A DNA stretch of 64,000 bases from Geosiphon pyriformis uo1 (lineage: Eukaryota > Fungi > Glomeromycota): assembly GCA_016748015.1 (NCBI GenBank), contig JAAOMT010000280.1:22183-86182 (forward strand), written 5' to 3'. The number at the start of each line of letters is the position of its first letter. Within the stretch, counting starts at the first letter, position 1. Of this stretch, positions 12,801 through 26,006 are shown piece after piece. The position numbers were made by a program, and so were the translations under genes. The notes below the pieces were generated by a model. It was not told the DNA's origin, did not search any database, and was given only the letters and a program-made list of their open reading frames with translations.

Positions 12801-14169
12801 TCTAAAAATTAAAGTGCTAGTCTTCTTCCAGAACGTCCCACCGAGATATCGCAATGGAAGTTAAAATTTAAGGGGAAGTCTTCCAAGAAAAAAACGATAC
12901 CTCAACCGGGATAAATCTCGATAGCATAAGATAACTGGATCCGTTTATTATTGTATAATACTTTCAATGTATGGGCAGAAGCTTGAGATCATTTACATTA
13001 TGGCTGGGGAAGTTATATCATCCCAAGTTTTTGCCGGACGGTGTCAAAATAACCGGAGACCGAAAGGTTGGGCCAGTGACTTTCTCAATTTACCATTGCT
13101 CATCGTTTGAGGTTTTTGATAGTATAGCTCTTTCGATTATGGTACCGTAAAAAAAGGGAATAAAAAGTTGCTGAAAATAAGAATAAAGCAATTACATTTC
13201 CCTGCATATACTCCAAACATTCGTCGAGCCTAGCTAAGGTAGGCACGAATTCATCTTTTTCACATATATTTTCTCCAAGGGAATTAAAGAGACTGGTGAT
13301 GGATTCCAATTCGTTGTAATAAGAAAGCTTCGAAGACATAAGATCTGCTAGAGCTTCCAGATGATTCTAAATTGGAGCTATTAATTTGAGACTCGGTCTG
13401 ATTTTCAGAAAAAAAGTGTAAAAACTTCATCTAACCTGCTCTTCCAACAGTTTTTCACATGCAGTCTGTAATGCCTTGGTGCGTTCTTCGACAAATCGGA
13501 AGTTGTCATCAAGATCATGGAAAAGCTTGACAGTAAAACCGATCTGATTCAAAAAGTTATCACAAGCCTGACGGTACATTGTGACAGTCGCTAGGAAATT
13601 TCTATAAATAGATATCGATTAAAGTGCCTTAAGTTCTTTTTGATAATGTCTAAAAAGCAAATTACAGACCTGTATACATCTTCTTGATCTTTCTCCATAT
13701 CAGTTTCCATCTTTGCAAACCAATCAAAAAATTGTTGTGTAGTTTCAATAGGATGAGGAATTCCAAGGGAGGCATCTGTCGAAGAAACTACAGTCGCCTC
13801 AGCTGCTAACTCTACCAGCAGGTTAGTGGTTGAACGTGAACGCGGTAAAGGAGAGGGGATAAGCCGGGGATACGGAGAAGTTCGAAGGTTTTCTTTCAAA
13901 CTAGGGGATGCAACTAGCTGTGGAGTGGTTGTTCCTACATCATTTGCATACTAAATCACCAGATCCACAAGAGGTTGGCGTAGGGTGACTTTTATAAAGG
14001 TAAGTATCCTAACTTTTATTCAAATTTTACATACACCTTCAGGCAAGGGTAATTCAGAACAAAGATCTTGTAGATCTAATATACTTTGTTTTTGTGTTTC
14101 ACTAAGTTGTGTTTTTGATTCCCATTCCTCAAGAGTTATAAATTTATTTCGCTGTGTATTAGTATTCAT
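9808..14169 (-). CDS. COG3: Conserved oligomeric Golgi complex subunit 3 (Sec34), multi-exon
   Basis: Exons encode LEEWESKT..QKQSILDLQ..ELPLP, IETTQQFFDWF, KLSYYNELE..LDECLEYM, YLLRFRQCMTR, YLYDELRPRIIHE, LVFRAQ and LQRTLWILSKLYRCV. The start (14169 vs 14283) and last exon are approximate. Confidence 0.93.
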
Positions 14170-14604
14170 GGAGGAAAAAAGTTTGGGTAGCGCCAGTGGT
14201 TTTTTCAAGGGCAACCTGAGACTGGGAATTACAATGGCATATATATTGATTTTAGGATCTTTATTCAGATCAAAGCAGTCCATTAATATAAAGTTTGCTT
14301 TTATGACTTTATAAAGTTGTACTGTCGTACATCTCTCTCAAATGTGTGGCAGTGGAAATTTGCAATGTGGCTTGAGTAGCCAAGCTCCAAGACAACGCTT
14401 GGCTTAGATTTTTAGGAAATTGGTTATTCTTTTAGTTAACCATATTTGCCCTTTTTTAAATAGTTAAGAGTAGTTTCAAACGCTCCTTAACCCAAAAGTT
14501 AATTTAATAAATTCTCGTTCCTCCTTTAAGTCTTTCAAATTAAATCATAAAGAAGCCTTTATTGCAACCTTATTAAATACTTCAAAACCCACAAACGCGA
14601 TAAT

Positions 14605-15525
14605 ATGGGCGATAACGACAAGTTAGAAATTCCCATTACGAAGTTACAATGGGGGCTACGAGGCTCACAGATATTATTTGCCTTCTTAGCAATGTGCACT
14701 ATTTCCGCGGTTATTTCTTTCGATAATAAACACACGTCCAGTAGAATTTTGGATAATATAGATTTATTCGTGTTAATTTTATCAATGTTATTTTCTGGTG
14801 CGATAGTTGGGATTCCATACGCGTATTTACAATATGGAAAACTTAAAACGGTTGCCAAAGCACTGCGACACCTACGGATAGAATTTGTACTATCCGCAAT
14901 CTGGGCGTCATTATTATTTTTGTGTACTGCTGGCATAACAATTGAGTTCGCTTTGAGAAAATGTTCAGTTTCCGACTACAGTCAAGCAGAACTCAATAAC
15001 ACCGCCGAAAACCGAACTCATGGTGAACACAGTTTTGAAAAGGGAATCGGACGTACGTGTAGCACTGGACGTGCAAGTGCAGTGCTTGGATGGCTAGCAC
15101 TTCTGGCTTGGCTTGGATCAATGCTTCTTATTACCAAAGAATGGTATGATAACAGACGTCAACCTCTACCATTCAAACATGAGTACCATCCACATGAAGT
15201 TACCATGCATTCAAATTCTACGAGATCATCTTTGGAGCAAGGGTTACCTCCTACGCAGGAATTTAGTCAATACAAGGATCAAGTTCAAATGGATAATCTT
15301 CAACAACAATTGCCATCACCAGCTCTTCCACAAGTACCCAGCTATCAGCCACCGCCATCTAATCCGCAAGTAGGATTTTCTTCACCGCCACTAGGACCTT
15401 CTTCATACCCTCCCCCAATACCTGCTCCACACGCATCTCCGATGATCAATCCCCATTCTATTCAAATTCCAGAGCCTCAAATCCCACATAGTGGGATCGT
15501 TTTTCCAGAACCAAAGCATTTCTAG
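14605..15525 (+). CDS. MARVEL-domain four-TM membrane protein with proline-rich C-terminal tail (intronless)
   Basis: 306-aa ORF with LRGSQILFAF…, IEFVLSAIWASL.., C..GRASAVLGWLALLAWLGS, then a P/Q-rich tail. Confidence 0.8.
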   Translation: MGDNDKLEIPITKLQWGLRGSQILFAFLAMCTISAVISFDNKHTSSRILDNIDLFVLILSMLFSGAIVGIPYAYLQYGKLKTVAKALRHLRIEFVLSAIWASLLFLCTAGITIEFALRKCSVSDYSQAELNNTAENRTHGEHSFEKGIGRTCSTGRASAVLGWLALLAWLGSMLLITKEWYDNRRQPLPFKHEYHPHEVTMHSNSTRSSLEQGLPPTQEFSQYKDQVQMDNLQQQLPSPALPQVPSYQPPPSNPQVGFSSPPLGPSSYPPPIPAPHASPMINPHSIQIPEPQIPHSGIVFPEPKHF

Positions 15526-15800
15526 AAATATTTTCAGATCGGATTTTGATATGCCCTTCCCACTTTAAATTACTTTGTAAAAAGCCCTTGATTTGGTTAA
15601 AGGAAACAGCCTATTATATGCAACGATATATTTAAATTCAAATAATAAATATATTTAATAAAATTCTGCATTCCTACAGCTGTAAGTTTGTATAAATACT
15701 TTTCGAATCACCTCAATTCTTATTTCTTATTGGAATTATTTTCTTGTAGCATACAAGAAAGTATATAGTAAATTTGGATAAAAAACGAAATTGAGAAATA

Positions 15801-16700
15801 CTAAATAAGTAAGCTCCATTGAAGATTTTCTTGTAGCCAAGTATTTACAACTTTTCCCAAAGCTTTTTTTTCTTCATCTGTCACCCATTTGTGTGTTGCC
15901 CCATCAATGATAGTAAGTCGATGGTGAGGTTCTGGGCCGAGCAATTGGTCATATTTATAGGCACCTTGTACTGGGCACGTCTCATCTTCAGATCCATGCA
16001 CAGTAAGCACCCTGACCTTTGCCTTATTAATATTGCGTGTAACCGACATATCCAAAGCTGCTCGTTTTTTCAGGTCTTCCTGTCTTATGACATACTCGCG
16101 ATCTTTGTTCTGTCCATACATACCCCAGACAAATGAACCTTTTTCTTGCAATTCTTTCAGTTGCTCATTAGTGAACCGAGAAAGTGAGGCTTGGGCATGG
16201 TCATAACGCGCCGATATATTGATTACCAATGGGACATCTTGATAGCGAGACGCGTACAAAAGAACTACTGCAGCACCTTTACTATGTCCTACTATACTAA
16301 TAACATTTAATTGCAAGATTTTACGCGTGTACGAAATAATGTTTTGTAAGTTCGATACTTCTTCGAAGTAGTTTCCATAATCTTATGTAAGTGTGATAGA
16401 ATATAGCGTAATATGTAGAAAGCATGACAAAAATTGAATAAAAGAGCAAGTTAATATCAGGATCATACTAGTTGTTCCTCCGCTTTCGCCGTTTCCCTGA
16501 AAATCGAAAACAATTGTGTGATAGGGAAGCCTTTCAGTGAGGGCACGAAGCGTTTGAGACTCTTTATTATTTTTCAGACCATGACAAAGAATGATAGCCC
16601 CTTCGTTCTGAGGTTGTTTTTTTATTTGAAGCACTCCACAAAGAGAGAACCCATTTTCCGTGTCAAATTCAAATTTCTTGGTTGACAAAATTGTCATCAT
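15801..16700 (-). CDS. Alpha/beta hydrolase, two exons
   Basis: ILCHG, FDFQGNGESGG, nucleophile elbow GHSKG, LTVHGSED, IIDGATH. An intron at ~16382-16467 (gtatga…taag) restores GGTTNYGNY. Confidence 0.92.
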
Positions 16701-17023
16701 TAATTATTTCATTTGGTTAAACAGTGCGATGGGGATATTTTGAGTTGATCCAGCCAATTAGATTGCGACAGGATTACATTCAAGCTCAAGAATATAGGGC
16801 ATAATGACTCAAGAAAATCTTATGATTGATACAACGTGTCCAAATATCAACGGTAAACTGTTAAGCTGCACTTTAAAAATATATTGATTCTCAGCAAACT
16901 TTGAAAATTCTCGCTCTACCTTGAAAACCTCTTTTTTAGTTTGTTACGCTTTTTGGGTGACCTTTAACAAACCCTACAAGTAAGCCATAATTTTGGAAAA
17001 TAAATTACGACGTCTAGACAAAA

Positions 17024-17968
17024 ATGGATCAGGTTAAACAATACACGTCGCATTTCGAAGATTTCCTCGAGAAATTCTCTCAACCTTTGAAGCCTTATAT
17101 TCCTGCAATTGCTCGTTTTTTAATTGTCGTCACATTTCTTGAAGATTCTTTGAGGATCATTTTTCAATGGGAAGATCAACTTTGGTACCTTGAAAAACAC
17201 CGTAACTTCCCTTGGGGAGGTTCTCACCTTTTTTTGGCCATCAATGTTATTGTAGGTTTATAGTAATTTTTTGAAATTGATGGGAATAATTAATTTCTCG
17301 AGGGCTAAACATCTAGAAGCTATTAATTATGCTGATACTCATCCCTCTTCATTCATCAATTAATTGTTTTTTCACTATAGATAATGCTTGGATGTTCTTT
17401 CTTAATTATCCGGCGCAAATATCCTGAATATGCTGTCAGTGGTTTGTTTGTAGTGGTGATTGCACAATCTATTGGCTATGGGCTCATCTTTGACTTGAAC
17501 TTTTTCTTGCGCAATCTCTCTGTGATTGGTGGTTTATTGATGGTTTTATCTGACGCCTTCTCCAAAAAAAAATCTTTGTTCCCTGGTTTGCCCCAATTAT
17601 CAGAAACAGATCGAAAAACTTATTTTCAACTGGCTGGTCGCGTTCTCTTGATTTTCCTGTTCCTTGGTTTTATTTTTAATGGGGAATGGACGTTGACTCG
17701 CTTGGGTGTATCTGTCATCGGTTTCATCGCCTGTATAATGGTGGTGGTCGGATTTAAGGCAAAATGGTCGGCCACCTTCTTGGTTTTATTCCTGTCAATT
17801 TTCAATGTCTTTATCAATAATTGGTGGTCGGTTCATCATACACACCCACAACGTGACTTTTTGAAATATGATTTTTTCCAGACCTTGAGTATTATGGGTG
17901 GATTACTATTGTTGGTTAACATGGGTCCTGGTGGAATTTCTCTAGATGAGAAGAAAAAGGTGTATTAG
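17024..17968 (+). CDS. ERV29: SURF4/Erv29 ER-Golgi cargo receptor, two exons
   Basis: ARFLIVVTFLEDSLRI, FFLRNLSVIGGLL, DFLKYDFFQTLSIMGGLL and C-terminal DEKKKVY; intron ~17252-17380. Confidence 0.96.
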
Positions 17969-18541
17969 ATATATTTTCTTTTGGGCGGTTGCACAAGGTC
18001 GAATTGCTTCTTTTTTGTCCTTGCTCAATTTTATTTTAAATACTACAAGACATTCCCGTCTCTTCCCCCAATTTCATATAATATTCCTTTTACATCGATT
18101 CTTTGTTTAATTGTATAGCACCATTATTATTTCCTTGGGTGCGAATAAATAATACTAACGATAAATATGTACAGGACATTTGAAATTTAGATAGTATTGC
18201 AAAAAAAAGTATACAAGCTCATTCAGGATATCGGTTCTATAGTCAATAGGCAAAATATTTTTAAAGAATTTTTCAATTAGTATCAGTCTATAAATGACAT
18301 TAGATGTCAGCTGGAAATGGCTTATGTTGTTAGTACCACTCTCACTTTTCCTCAGAATTAGGAGGGTAGTTTTACGTTCTCTATATCAATAAAATGATCT
18401 GGTGTAAGACTTGAATCGCTGTCTTTTGTCTTGCAAAAAAAATGACTCAAATTACCAGCGTATTTTTTCGCTTAGACGATAATGATTATACAAACTTAAT
18501 TACATTTGCATAATACCTGACCTAAATGAACAGGCTTTTTG

Positions 18542-19573
18542 TCAGTCCCAATCATCATCATCTTCATGTTGCTTATCAGAATAGCCAAATATTGTTTTCC
18601 GTTGCTCTTCTTTTTTAGGCTCATCGGATTTTGTTATTACACCTATAAATGAGAGGAAAGATATTCATAAAGTTTAATTTTAAATAAATAAAAATCATCC
18701 ACATACCACTGGTAGATAGTCGAAGTTCTAGGAGAGTGGTGCTAAAAGAATCGGTATTGCCTAGTTCGTCAAACCCAATAATTCTAAAAATAGTTTAATG
18801 TTATCAATATCTTACAAAATTGGGAAATTCTCAGAATATATTTCTCACTTGTCTGTTGAAATGCCATCCACAAAGCAGATGACACATGGAAGGATTTGGA
18901 TACCAAGTCGTTCGACGAGGAAAGGAGCATTTTCCACATTAATTTTCACAAATTTGGTTTTAAAATGTTTTCGTGCAATAGTCTAGATAATAAAATGAAT
19001 AAATAAATATTTTTCAACAATAACAAATAAGATATCTTCGATAGAAACTTACTGTCAAATGTTTATCCATTATTTGACAACGCCGAAACTCTTTATGGAA
19101 AAAATGAACTACACAGTGTTTTGTTGAGGTCGTAATATTTAGCACTTCTTTTTCTGAGCTAATTTCTGTTAAGGTTCCATGATCGTGTTGTTGCATTTCT
19201 TGTAGTTTACCCATTCTCAAAACAAATTTATTATGAGTGGAGTCGAAATTGAGCCCAAAGCGAGAAAAGCATTGAAAACCGCTTATTGACAATCATCTTA
19301 CTCTGTTTTTAACTGGTTCAATCTTTGTTCTCGAAAATTTGCCATTGCTAAGTCATCATTTTCCAAATCTTCAAACATTTCATCTTCACTTAAGGGTTCT
19401 TTCTCACTTTCATCTGTGGTTGAAACTCTTGCTTTATCCAGCACATTCTGAACGCGTGCATCCAGTTTTTCTTCCAATCTTTATAGTGTGAAAAACAACT
19501 TGAAAACTTAGAAATAACAGGTTTGGAAGGAAAGACGGAAAATTGCTTACTGGTCTACTTCGTTATTATCCAT
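18542..19573 (-). CDS. PLP1: Phosducin-like thioredoxin-fold protein (Plp1/TXNDC9 type), multi-exon
   Basis: HGTLTEI..EKEVL, CVVHFFHKEFRRCQIMDKHL, KFVKINVENAPFLVERLGIQILPCV, IIGFDELGN.D.F, and an acidic end DDDDWD*. Confidence 0.9.
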
Positions 19574-19826
19574 AATGTCAAAAATAAAAGTGCGGCAAAG
19601 TTGAAATTTGATAAATGTTTGAATCAATTTCTGATCAAAGTACAAACTAATGAAACATTGTAGCCAGACTTAGCCGGCTTCAAGATCAGTTATGAGTGCT
19701 ATTAACACTATTATTCGAATTCCTCTTCGCCATCTCAGGCTTCCCTCTCATGATATTTGTCATTTCCAAAGAGTTTTATTTGTTCTTTACACATCTTTTA
19801 GCCTTAATAAGTCACATTAGCTCATA

Positions 19827-22746
19827 ATGCCCGGGCTAGGTACTCATGTAACTCACATTTTGCTCGCTGAGTTTGATATAGATAAAGGTGCCTCGTTAAC
19901 GCACCAATATCCTCAGATCATTGGGACAGATGAGCAGTAAGAGTCAACGGATTTCAAATTCAAAAACTTAATTCCCAAACTTGTAAAGAAATTTATGTAA
20001 TGTAGTCTCCATTGGTAATTTTTGTCAATTGTTGCTTCTCCAAGTTTATTAGCTGAACTTATGCTTCCCGATGGTGCCCATCTTCGTCCTGAAGATTGGA
20101 CCGTTTTCTTTCTTAATCAAAGCATTCCAGATCCAGATGATATCTCTATTAACGGTGATAATAATTCAAGTGATCAGGAGGAAAATCGACCTCCTTTGTT
20201 ATATGCTCTAAATTTGGTGCGTACCAAACACGATAAAGAGGCAAGGAGGTCAGTAAAAATTAAATTAAATTTAATCATACAAGAATTCTTAATATTATTT
20301 ATATATTTAATAGAGGTGCTGTAGTCAAAGCCATGGCAATATGCACCAAGCATCAATTCTTACATATCTATAAGGTGAAGATGATCTGGTTCAGTTTTTT
20401 AATATAAATTTTGCTCTCTTGAGATTAATAATTTTATTTGATTTTTCTTGCAGCCTATTTTGCTTTTAGCTCTTGAAAATTATTTTCGAAATCCATCAAT
20501 TGATTGCCTCGCGTCATTATACGAAGCTGTCAATACCATGGACGTATCATTCATGCCTCGTTTTTCCCCACAGGAGAAGGTTATTCTCCGCGCATCAGAA
20601 TCAAAGGACTTGTTTGAGGAAAAGTTCGAAGAATTCGAGAAAAATAAACAAGAAAATCAAAACAATCGCTCAAATCAGCCAACTACATCGGTCGCTGAGA
20701 TTAGTTCAAAAGGGTTAGGAATTTCAAATAGTGCATCAGATATTGATATTAATTTAAATATAGAGATTTCCGAAGAAGAACGTTTGGCTAGATTAAAACG
20801 TGGAACTTATATTGATTTGTCATCTCGTGAATTATTATCAAACCTCAGCAATGTGCACAAAGATCGGCATTTTTATGAGACCAAAGTGCATTATAATGGA
20901 ATAAATTTACCAATTCGGGTTCCATTGACTATTAATCCGGAAGAAGTCGGTGATGTATGTATATTTCTATAATGTTAACAATAATTTATTAATTATCCCG
21001 ATAAAAATGTGCATTATTTTTGACCCTACTTATCTCAACCATCTGCATTATATCAAATGATGCTATACTTGGCTTAATCAAATATTATTAATATACGTCA
21101 TTCCATCAAGTTTTCACTTATTAAACTTATAACAACATTTTCTCCTGCCTCTCCATCACCTAATACACATCCATTTCACCCTCACCTCGATACCAGTGGA
21201 AACCAAACCCATCCAATTATTCTTTTGCTTAACGCATTGTTGACACAAAAACGAATTATATTTTTGGGTCAAGGTCACCCATCAGGTGATGTTGCCAATT
21301 ACGTTCTAGCTGCCTGTGCAATGGGTAGTGGTAGTGGGGGTGTATTACGAGGGTTTTCAGAACGTGCATTTCCATATACTAACTTAAAACAGTTAGACGA
21401 TCTTTTAAAAGTGTAAGTGATTTTTAAGGTTATTCTTGATAATCTCAAATTGCCGTTACAAGCCTTATACTCCTATGTTTATATCTTTTATTAATTCCCA
21501 CATAGACCAGGTTTTATAGCTGGGGTGACAAACCGGATATTCGAAGATCACAGTTCATGGTGGGATGTTCTTTGTAATATTGACACTGGAAAGATTAGTG
21601 TGAGTAAGGACATCCTTACTCCATCATATGGGACTAAACAAGATGATCGCTCTGAAGAAGGCTCTAAATCCCCTTCTTCTAGTAAAAATGAGCCTTGGGG
21701 AAGGGAAAAATGGGATACAGCTGATCATGAGTTTATGGCTGAGGTATGCATCTTTTTTTACTAATGGGAAATTAACTGAATTTATTTACCTCAACTGATT
21801 CAAAATAAAAGGTCATGCACGCCATAAATCACCATTATGGAGAGACTGCTATCCGTGGAAAATTTCAAGAATACGTTCAAAGATTTACGCGTCTTACTGC
21901 TTTATATGAAATTGAGACTTTTGGTGCTACAAAGATTGGGATAACCCCGGCGGACACTGATACTGATAGAATTTTGGGTACAGGATTAGCCTTTCCTGAT
22001 GAGAATGCAAAACTGCGTGAAGTTGCAGCCAACATGAATAGGATTGAAGGCTGGCGACAGACAATTTCTTACAAATATTATCAATTGGTTGGAGATTATG
22101 ATAATATTGATTTATTTGTTGTTCCTTAGAATCTCTTTAGAGCTCTAATTTTGTCGCTTATTGTTGATCCATTACCAGGACTTTCAACATTATCTTAAAA
22201 CACGAAGCATCAAATCATTTGATGTCTATTTTCAAATCGCAAAGCTTAAAACATTGAAGAACATGCCAGAAAAAGAGGTGGAGACCCTGTTTAAAGCATT
22301 CGCGGAGAGCGTCCTCACTGATGACCAGATTATCGAGGTATTTATTTGAAAAAATCGAAACAAGAAATTATCTTTAATAACCAATGGTGACATTTCTTTG
22401 GATTTCTAGTTTCTATCTTATTTGCCCCAGAATCAAGGGGGTCTGTTTCCTGTAGGACTTGGATTGTTCTATCACCTCAAATCAGTACGCAATTATACAG
22501 TTGAACTTTTCAATAGAATTAATGAACACATGGTAAATGATTTTATTCTTTTAATATTCCTTCTAAATTTGCTTATGAATGCTCACTTTCGATTATATAT
22601 TCCAGACTGGAAGTAAATTTGTTCAAAGTCTCAATTACTTTCAAAAGTTCGCTTATGAGAGACAACTTGAAATTCAACGAGAAAATCAGCATTTAAATAA
22701 GAATAACAAACTTTCCCAACCACAAGATATGTTCCTTGGGGCATGA
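19827..22746 (+). CDS. AFI1: Afi1/MesA-like DENN-related polarity protein, multi-exon
   Basis: [96 protein letters not shown]. Confidence 0.9.
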
Positions 22747-23036
22747 TAGATCCTCCCTTTTACCTGTAACACGTTGCATGACAAATAGTGATTTAATTTT
22801 TAAATACTCTAATGGTTATGCCCTCATTTATAGAAATTAATTTAAAAGTATAGTTAAAGTAGACTCTTTTCCCCTTGAAGGTTTAATATACAATTATCAG
22901 TAGAAAATGATCCCATCTCTTCAAAGAGCTGCTTAGTGAAAAATATCAATGATCCTTTAGAACTATGAGAAAAGTGTATCTAAAACAACGTATAAATTAT
23001 TATTGCATATATAGGAACCAGGTCGAAATTTTAATT

Positions 23037-25849
23037 TTATAAAAGTCCAAAACCTAAAACAACCGGATTTGTAGTTATAAGATTCAAAACATTATTCCTG
23101 AGATTCTTTGTCTCCTCAGGGCTCAATTGCAAAATTGCCGATATCACGGGTATAAGAGGCTAGAAATTCGCGCAAGAATTTCATTATGTGGCTAGAAAGA
23201 TACATGATTCGATGAATATTGCAATTACCTCCCGATCCTCAGGTGTTGTTTCTAAAAACCTCAAAACTACATTCTTGAGATATTCTACATTCAAATCTTG
23301 GCGCTTTTCCAGACGATCCATTTTTCGTATTTCTTCTTTCAAAACCTTTGAGATTTGGGAGATATTGAGTTTCAAGGAATATTAATTAAAGAGGCCATAA
23401 TTACCTTTTCTTGCTCTTCAAGACGTTTAACTTGTGCCTCACTTTCGTTTAACAATTCACCCATGTGCTGCATCTTAAAAGTAAACTCCTTTTCCTTGTC
23501 GTATGAAAGCGCAACATTTGATAAATTTAATCTTCGATCATCAACATCAGTCAAAAGATCTGATAATGTAGCTAAAGTTTGATAAATAGTAAGTAAAAGA
23601 ATGAAAAGGAGGCAGATAAAAGTTTGTTTACTTTACTAGATGATCCGCTAAAACGGCCTGTAGTTGATATAGGAGATGAGGATCGGCTACCTTCTGGTCT
23701 TCTCAAATTTAATTTTTCTTCTGTTTTACTGTTAGATGGAGGACCAAGGGCCCGACTTCGCGATGTTGATGAATTTTCCATCATCTCCTTTTGTATCTCG
23801 TCCAACTGTTTTAATTTTTCTGATAATTCGGCGCGAACTTGTGACAATTCTTCGCTGAGATGCTAATAGAAGTTAGCGGATTAATATTACTGATGTTTTA
23901 GTATATTAAAATAGAGCAAGCTAAACACCCCCATAATCCAATAAACATCCCAGATCGAATACTATTACACTAATAAAGGCAGGGAATCAGATTTCTAATC
24001 TGTTCACTGCTTTTATTAGTAGGCATTTTATATCACCGTCGAAAATGACCTTTTATTATTAAGCTTCTCGTCTAGAGTAAAAAGACGCACAGGGCGATTT
24101 TACCATATGCTCGCAAAGGTAAATCCCCTTCGAGCTGTAATTTTTCCTTAGACAACAAAATGTAACAGCCACCCTGGGGTTTTTATTATTCCATAAAAAC
24201 TCCAGGTGTTGTCAGTAGAATTTTTGGCATAGGATAAGAAATAGAATGAAAATTTTTCAAGTACCTCAGATATTCGTTGTAATTCTTCATTTTCTTCCTG
24301 CTTTTTGTTGAGATTTTTTTGAATGGATTCAGTCGAGTTGTCGAGCTGTTTTTTTAAATCTTGCACGGAAGCATTATGTAAGTTTTGAATTTTGCTAAGT
24401 TCTATTATGAATAATACAAATTAATGAGGACTTAAATATAGACGGAAGAATTCCTGGTAATACCTTCTTTTAGATTCTGGTTTTCATTTTGAGCGATTAA
24501 CAATGCTTGCTGGGTATCTTGTGCGACTTTGGCGTTCTGTCGAGCATTTTGTTGTGCCTTAAGCAATTCTTTTTCCACTTGGGCCTTAAGCTCAAAGGCT
24601 TGACCCCGATCCTTTTCGGCATTATGTAATTTTTCATTTAAAAGTTTCATATTCAATGACAATGAGCTATCATAAATTATGAAGATAAAAATTTAGTTTT
24701 ATGCCATAACTCGATTGTAACAGTTGATTATTATTTAACAAAAACCTGATCTCTTCCAGTCTTTTTTTTGAATATTCTGATTGAGAATCTTTTGATTCAT
24801 AAATGGTATCATTATTTGTCACTTTATCAGTTTTTTCTTGCAATAACGCATGGGCCCTTTGTTTGTATTGTTGAAATTCCGTCTTAACTTGAGCAAATTG
24901 TTGGTTTGATTGCTTAAGTCTAGATTCCTAAAATATAATCGAAATATTTTAGAATAACTTCAGAATTGAAATGCAATTTTCTGTAATCCCCTTTACCAAT
25001 TGTTCAATTTTTGAAGTATAAAGAGCAGCCTGACTAAGTAATTCGGTACTGAGTCGGCTAGCAGATTCTAAAATTTATTTCATTAATTTAAATTAATTTT
25101 TGGAAAATAAATAAAAGATTTCGTTTGCCAGTGCTTACTTTCAATTTCATCTACGGTGGATTTTGCTTGCTCTTCTTTCTCTTTGAACTTTTGTAGAGAT
25201 TCCTTTAGCTCTGCGATTTCCGCTTCCTTAGAGGCAACAGTTTGGCGCAAGTCAGTCAAGTTTTTGTTCGCACCAATTAAAATATCTACATATAAAAAAA
25301 GATGATTAGCTGTACATATAAGATAGGATAAATACCAAAGAGGATTATTACTTCTCATTTTCTTCATTTTTTCATAATAGTCTGCTTTCGCTTGTTCGAG
25401 TTCGACTATAAAATCAACGAAGATAGTTTGTTTAATTTCAATTATGCATTTACGATTTTAATATAAAAATTATTTAGAATGCTTTATCCCACCTGTTCTT
25501 TTGTTCAATAATTCTTGTGCTTTTGCGATTTCGTTTTGCCTTCCATTCAATTGTATCCGAAGATCCTTGACCTGGGTTTTGAAAGTGAAAGATTGTTATC
25601 AAAAAGGGTGATATAAGTTTAAGATTCAAAGTCTACCTCTTCCTCTAGAGTGAAATTCCTATTTTCAAGTTCCTCTACATGACTGTGGGTGCTGCCTGTA
25701 GGACTCTTTAAATTCAAGCAAATCAAAACCTAGTGAGCACGCACTTAAAAGAGGAGCATACACCAAAATACCCCTGCTTTCAGCCGTGTTTTTGGGAAAT
25801 CCGTTTCCGGTTTTAACCTTTCTTCAAGTGGATGGCGAAGCTCCTCCAT
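23037..25849 (-). CDS. GRIP-domain coiled-coil golgin (GCC/Imh1-like), multi-exon
   Basis: Coiled-coil exons ending in the GRIP motif LKEEIRKMDR…NVEYLKNVVLRFLE…PLIPVISAILQLSPEE. Confidence 0.88.
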
Positions 25850-26006
25850 GGATTCAAAAATTTATTGTCCTCTCAGGTTTATTTTACTGTGCTTCGAGAT
25901 TATTATTTTGATTACCATGTGACAATCAGTCACCCTTTATGGAGATAGTCTCGAAACTTTTGTACATAAATTTTTAAGTTTGAAATTAATTCAAATTGCC
26001 TCCGCG

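Noticed and set aside
12790-13115. RNase MRP/P, SRP RNA or TPP riboswitch in the long COG3 intron
   Set aside because: GAAAGTC is present, but there is no P4 partner or GARAR loop; SRP helix-8 and TPP motifs are not seen.
13951-14034. U1 snRNA gene
   Set aside because: Only the first 10 nt match, and the intron is too short for a U1 body.
24060-24150. U5 (ttttac loop) or U12 (taagga) snRNA in the golgin intron
   Set aside because: No GCCTTTTAC loop, no U12 5' stem-loop, and no Sm site on that strand.
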